A stretch of 64,000 nt of DNA. It comes from Azolla caroliniana. Its lineage: Eukaryota; Plantae; Polypodiophyta. The position numbers and the translations under genes were made by a program. This document shows, one piece after another, positions 59,534-64,000 of this stretch; the first letter of the stretch is position 1; the number at the start of each line of letters is the position of its first letter. A model generated the notes under the pieces. That model was not told the DNA's origin and did no database searches. It saw nothing but the letters and a program-made list of their open reading frames with translations. The stretch lies in the NCBI GenBank assembly GCA_043228905.1, contig JBHGNT010000016.1, positions 16,678,001 through 16,742,000 of the forward strand. Reading direction: 5' to 3'.

Positions 59534-60199
59534 TAACAGTTTGAACCAATTTAGGTTTGGGATGAGTGGTAGATCCCTATTTATAAGTAATAGAGAATAC
59601 TCTAGAATATTCTAGGTTATCCTAGAATGTAGAGTAATCTAGAAGATCTCTAGAGTATTCTGGAAGGTTCTAGTGTATAGAACACTCTAGAATATTCTAG
59701 GTCATTCTAGAATGTAGAGTAATATAGAATATTCCTATGATATTAAATTTCATATTCTAAAAACTATATATATAAGAATGTTAATACAATGGTTAAAGAT
59801 TTGACATGTGTACAACAAGGTCGTGGGTTCAAATCCTTTCGAGGCATAATGTGAGTGTCGTGATCCTTTCAATGCATGATGTGAGTGTTATTATGGCGGT
59901 GATAGGACTAGATGTAGGGTTCTTTCTCCTTATAACTTAATAATATAAGTTTTAACCACATCTTCCTCATCAAAAAAGGTGTGGTCAATCACAACCAGAC
60001 CATGTTGTATGCCAAACAATACTCATCTAGTTCGTAATGGGAGCCACAAGACGGATGTAGGCTCTTATTGCATTTCGCATATGCAATAATCTATGGTGCC
60101 GAGGAAATGCCCTATGACGACCATAAAATGCATGTGCCACTTTCATCTCAACCATCTCCTTGGTCATCTAACTTTCTTTTATCATCCTTTCTTGTTCGA

Positions 60200-62150
60200 T
60201 GCATGCCTTTCAAGGGCCTTATCGTAATACTATTATTGAGTCCTCTTAGTGGTTCATTCTTCAGCTACATACTCACCTCTAGGTCCTTAAGTGAGCGCAT
60301 TTCATGCTTCTCACTTTTTCTACGTTCGTGGTATACTCTTGTGTTGGAGTTGACCATGACTTCCATGCTAGTATCATCCTTGTTAGATTTTGTGATTACA
60401 TCTTTTGGATCCATTTGGCCCACTTGGCCCTCATCTTCCCTTATCATGCTTCTCCTCGGCTCTTTGTTGCAAGCATCAACTTTTGTTCCTGTGCTTTGCT
60501 TGAGCTCTTTGTCGCACGCACCATTTTTCGTCATTGTACTTCATTTGGTCTCTTCATTGTAGACTCTGGCTTCATCCTTTGCTTCCTTGGAGCCACCTTT
60601 CGTCTCTTGGGTCTCACGTTGGTTCCCAGACACAACTGCCTAAGTCTTTAGAACATCTATAAAGGAATTATTATCTTGATTATCGTTTTCCTCTGTCGTG
60701 TTGTCCATAGTCATCTCCTTGACTATCTCTTTATCGCACACATCGGCTTTCGTCCTTCTACTTTGATTTACTTCCTTGTTGCACTCACTAGTTTCAACCC
60801 TTGCTTCCTCGACACCACCGTCCTTCTCTTGGGTCTTGCATTGGTTAATGCCAGGTCTCTCAAACGAGTGTGGAGGGATTTATACGATTTCCTAGTTTGT
60901 CATTCCCTTTGTTGTGGTACCCTTAGCCATTTCCACCTTATGGTTGTTCGCATTGGCTTTGATCTTTGCTTCCTCATCCCCAACTTTCGTCTCTTGGGAC
61001 TTACATCAGTTAATTCCCAAATCTCAAGAACTTTTGTGGGGAAAGTCTCTTCATGATCGTCGTCTACCCTCTTCGGCTTGACATCTCCTTCTTCTTTGCA
61101 TGTGTTCGCTTCGGCCTTCACTTCTTCGCCACCACCTTCCGTCTCTTGGGTTTGACGTTTGCTTTCCGACGCAACTGCCCAAGTCTCTGGACAAGTGTGG
61201 AGAAAGTCTCGACACAACCATCCGCCATTGACTCGTTCATAGCCACTTCTGACTCGGTGTCATTTTTCGTGGCTATCTCCTCAATCATGTCGGCCTCACA
61301 CTTTTTATCTCCCTTGATCATGCAAGCTTTACTCATGCTCGCACCTTCATCACATGATGTTTCAGACACGATGCGTTTTCCGAAACATTTGTCCTCGCTT
61401 GAAGTGGCATTCACCACCCTCGATTCATTGGTTTCATTCTTCATCATTGTTTCTTTGCAAGATGAGAAGGTGTCTTGTTCCACATATTCTCCGATGGTGC
61501 TGTCGTACCGAACTTGGGCCTTTGTATTGGCCGTATCATTACTCCACCTTTGTTGGGAGGTCTCCTATTCCTTGATAACCATTTTAATCAATTTTGGTTC
61601 CATTATAAGATTCCCTTTGGCGTCGACTTGCACCTTTAAATTCTCATATGCCTTGTTTACGAAGATCTCTATGTCGAGTACCTCCTCAAGCTCTCTTCTT
61701 TAGGTGGTAGTTTGTGGTTGCTTCCTGTCCTCCTTTCACCATCCGTCGTGGATTGTGTTGTTGCCAATGAGAATCCTGTCTTCCTCTCATCGTGTAGTCG
61801 ACATTCTCTTTCCACTTTCGTCCAATCCTCGGTGAGGCCATTTGCACCATCACCATCCTCAAGTCGGATTCCAATGGCCTTCCTTTCCGTCCGATCGATT
61901 GACTTCACAAACATTAGGACTTTTTCCACCCCCGCCAATCTTTGATCTTGCTCCGAGAGTTGTGCAAAGCGACACTTGAACTCAACGAAAGCATGCATGA
62001 CATTTTGGTGGGTCTTTAATGATGATACCCATTGGTCGAACTCATATAGGTTGCATCTCTTCAACTCTTTGTATCTATATGCCTTCATGAGATATCCTCC
62101 GACCATCTCGTTTTACGTCGGGTTAACCAAAGATGTCGCGAAAATACGAC
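60200..62150 (-). pseudogene. Eroded Gypsy-type gag-like region followed by a Lys/Glu-rich repetitive region
   Basis: EFKCRFAQLSE..EKVLMFVKSID..GLTEDW is gag-like; four PKRR(K/T) modules follow downstream. Confidence 0.55.
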
Positions 62151-62384
62151 GAAGATACGTGAACTCGAGGCAGGACCCCGGGGCCTCCGACCAGAGGATA
62201 CCAGATTTGTATGTTTATGTTTTAAGAATTAATCGAAATGACAAAGTTTGATAATTTTCATTAGCAAAGAAAAATAAAGTTACAATCTATCCCGAAATTG
62301 GGATTCCAAAAGTTTTAGCTCACGAAGATTAATAGAGTAATAGATTAGCAGAATAACGGAGATATGGTTTGGATAAGAAAATTA

Positions 62385-62750
62385 GGATTAGGGGTTCCTC
62401 AAGAAATAGCTTCCGTAAGGAAATTAGGGTTTTTGTGAGAGATAGCTTCTGTAAGGAAATTAGGGTTTTTCCCAAAAGATGGCTTCCGTAAGGAAAATTA
62501 TGGTTATTCCCCAAAAAAAATGCTTCGATCCCCTAAGGACTATTCGGCTCTATGGATCATTGAGGTAGCTTTTCTCCTTGCTTCTCACAATTGCATGGTG
62601 GAACTCCAGTTTCCATCTTCAGTTCAATTGCATACATCCACATGATCTTTACTTTACATAAAGTTTGACTTTAGTTGCATGTGTTCACATGATCTTTACT
62701 TTACATAAAGTTTGACTTTAGTTGCTTTACTTTACTTTACTTTACTTTAG
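62385..62750. repeat. Short tandem arrays: GCTTC.GTAAGGAAA.TA x3, a ~48-bp duplication at 62639-62725, and (TTTAC)n
   Basis: Seen directly; probably LTR-internal repeats. Confidence 0.75.
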
Positions 62751-62754
62751 TTTG

Positions 62755-63189
62755 CCACATGATCCGTCCGGTTGCATCCGGCCCGACCCATCCGCTCCAG
62801 TTCCAGTTCTGTCCGGTCCGGTTCCGGTTCCGTCCAGCCCAGTTCCGTCGTCATCCTTTAGTCCAGCCCAATTCCGTCGCCATCCGTCAGTCTGGTCCAG
62901 TTTCGGTTCTTTCCGGCCCGGTTCTAGTTCTGGTTCAGTCGTCGTCCATCAACCCGGTCCAGTTCTGTACAGCCCAATTCGGTCGCCCTCCGGTTCTGGT
63001 TCTATCCAATCCGGTTCTGTCACCGTCCTTCAGTCCAACCCGGTTCGATGGCCATCTGGTCCGATCTGGTTCTGTCTTTGTTCAGTCACCATCTGGTTCC
63101 GGTTCCATCGCCGATTCCGGCAACTTAGCCACATCCATCCATCAAGACAAAGTGGCCCAAGTTCAACCATTGCTTTTGTGCTCTCAACA
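62755..63189 (-). mobile_element. Probable Copia-family LTR U3 remnant with CCGGTT/TCCAGT low-complexity repeats
   Basis: Ends GTTCAACCATTGCTTTTGTGCTCTCAACA, resembling the CTCAACA ends at 28351 and 52596. Confidence 0.4.
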
Positions 63190-63538
63190 CATAGATAAAA
63201 ACTAATGGTTTTCAATCTGTTTATATAGCTGGATCCTAAAGTTTCCTATCTATGTGGGATATCTCACAATTTTGTTTTCCTCTTCTTCTCAAACTTCACA
63301 CACAGCTAACTTGATACTTGTTTGTTTATTTCATGTGTAGTAAAATGCGTTATGAAGCTCTTGAAGACATTTATCTTTTAATAACAAACCATGTAATCTT
63401 CAATAATTATTTTACTAGTTTTCATATCGTGTGTGAAGATCCACATGACAACGTTCTTTTTGCTTCGTCTTCTGAAGGCACTCTTGTTAACTGACGCCAT
63501 AGATTTTGGAACCGTAAGTTGAATTCAACGACAAACTC

Positions 63539-64000
63539 CTATTGCAGCTGCAGAATAGTGTAAACATCGCCAATAATCTCACATTGCGGAATGCTTCGGT
63601 GGAAGAAGCGGAGAAACGTTGAGCTTAGTTCGTCGACGCAGGCCAAAGTTATGAGATCGATCTGGGAATGCCAATGGGCGGCGCGTCCGTCGAGGGTGAG
63701 GCCAAACTCCGCGATTTTGGATGCATGGGCTTTAGCTTTTGGCAGCCGTTGTGACAGATGGTTTGCGTTCCACACATTTAGAAACGATTGTATGTGGCCT
63801 TCGGCGTCGGTGTCTCCGCCGAAGCGGGGGTATGAAAAATCCATCGTCATAGACTGACTAGTGTTGAGGTAAATACTGTCGGCACGATGTGGGGAGGTTT
63901 GTGATGTGGTGGTGGTTTCACTATACTGGTGAAGTGGGGATAGGATGTCTTGCTGGGTACCGCTTTGCTCGGTGAGCGTCGACTCAAGTGTATTTTCCGA
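63539..64000 (-). pseudogene. Gypsy gag N-terminal fragment
   Basis: YPRFGG..DAEGHIQSF..FGLTLDGRAAHW..FLRFFH is a retrotransposon gag pattern; VKPPP is shared with ~51095-51107. Confidence 0.75.

Larger units (their letters stand above)
58072..59898 (-). mobile_element. Tcn1-like chromovirus C: deletion derivative with rearranged 5' LTR
   Basis: TSD GTGAT at 58067-58071 and 59899-59903. 3' LTR 58072-58525 with PPT. IN C-terminus and chromodomain at 58683..59414. R-U5 inverted at ~59430-59551. Confidence 0.9.
52715..60150 (+). pseudogene. DDE-like DNA transposase relic (DUF7869/Sola-like; superfamily uncertain), split by two LTR elements
   Basis: AVRWMEIYFSKQCDVIPTTRR|LHLSDNF joins across the Copia TSD. 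Motifs IIDGMDQKKT, LYVQLHNTARESKN and VGNTHDHIEQMFS. Sequence resumes after 59903; the right limit is approximate. Confidence 0.65.

Noticed and set aside
62722-63205. Pro/Ser/Val-rich ORFs
   Set aside because: They derive from CCGGTT/TCCAGT low-complexity repeats, open in several frames.

Overview
Eukaryotic land-plant genomic DNA; the retroelement lineages suggest a non-seed plant such as a fern or lycophyte (inference). One intact host gene is present: a 5-exon aldo-keto reductase on the minus strand at 21025-22700. Most of the rest is nested LTR retrotransposons. Left nest: an old Copia fragment contains a non-chromovirus Gypsy with an extra 3' ORF, which contains a Tork/Tnt1-like Copia (611-9696), whose 3' LTR contains a young non-autonomous gag-type element (6238-9631). 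Right nest: a Copia contains a Gypsy with a homologous extra ORF, which contains Tcn1-like chromovirus A (34168-45799), which contains chromovirus B (39195-45128). A DDE-like transposase relic is interrupted by a Copia (52780-57246) and by chromovirus C (58072-59898). The most notable result is a shared LTR design in the three diverged chromoviruses. Each has a tRNA-like Pol III A-box/B-box cassette facing outward in U3 and multimeric heat-shock elements. A and B have an 11-nt Tf1-type self-priming site with compensatory changes instead of a tRNA PBS, and in C the R-U5 segment is inverted at that same repeat. A and B also share a G-UUA-AAC plus pseudoknot -1 frameshift signal. All coordinates were read by eye and no database searches were run.
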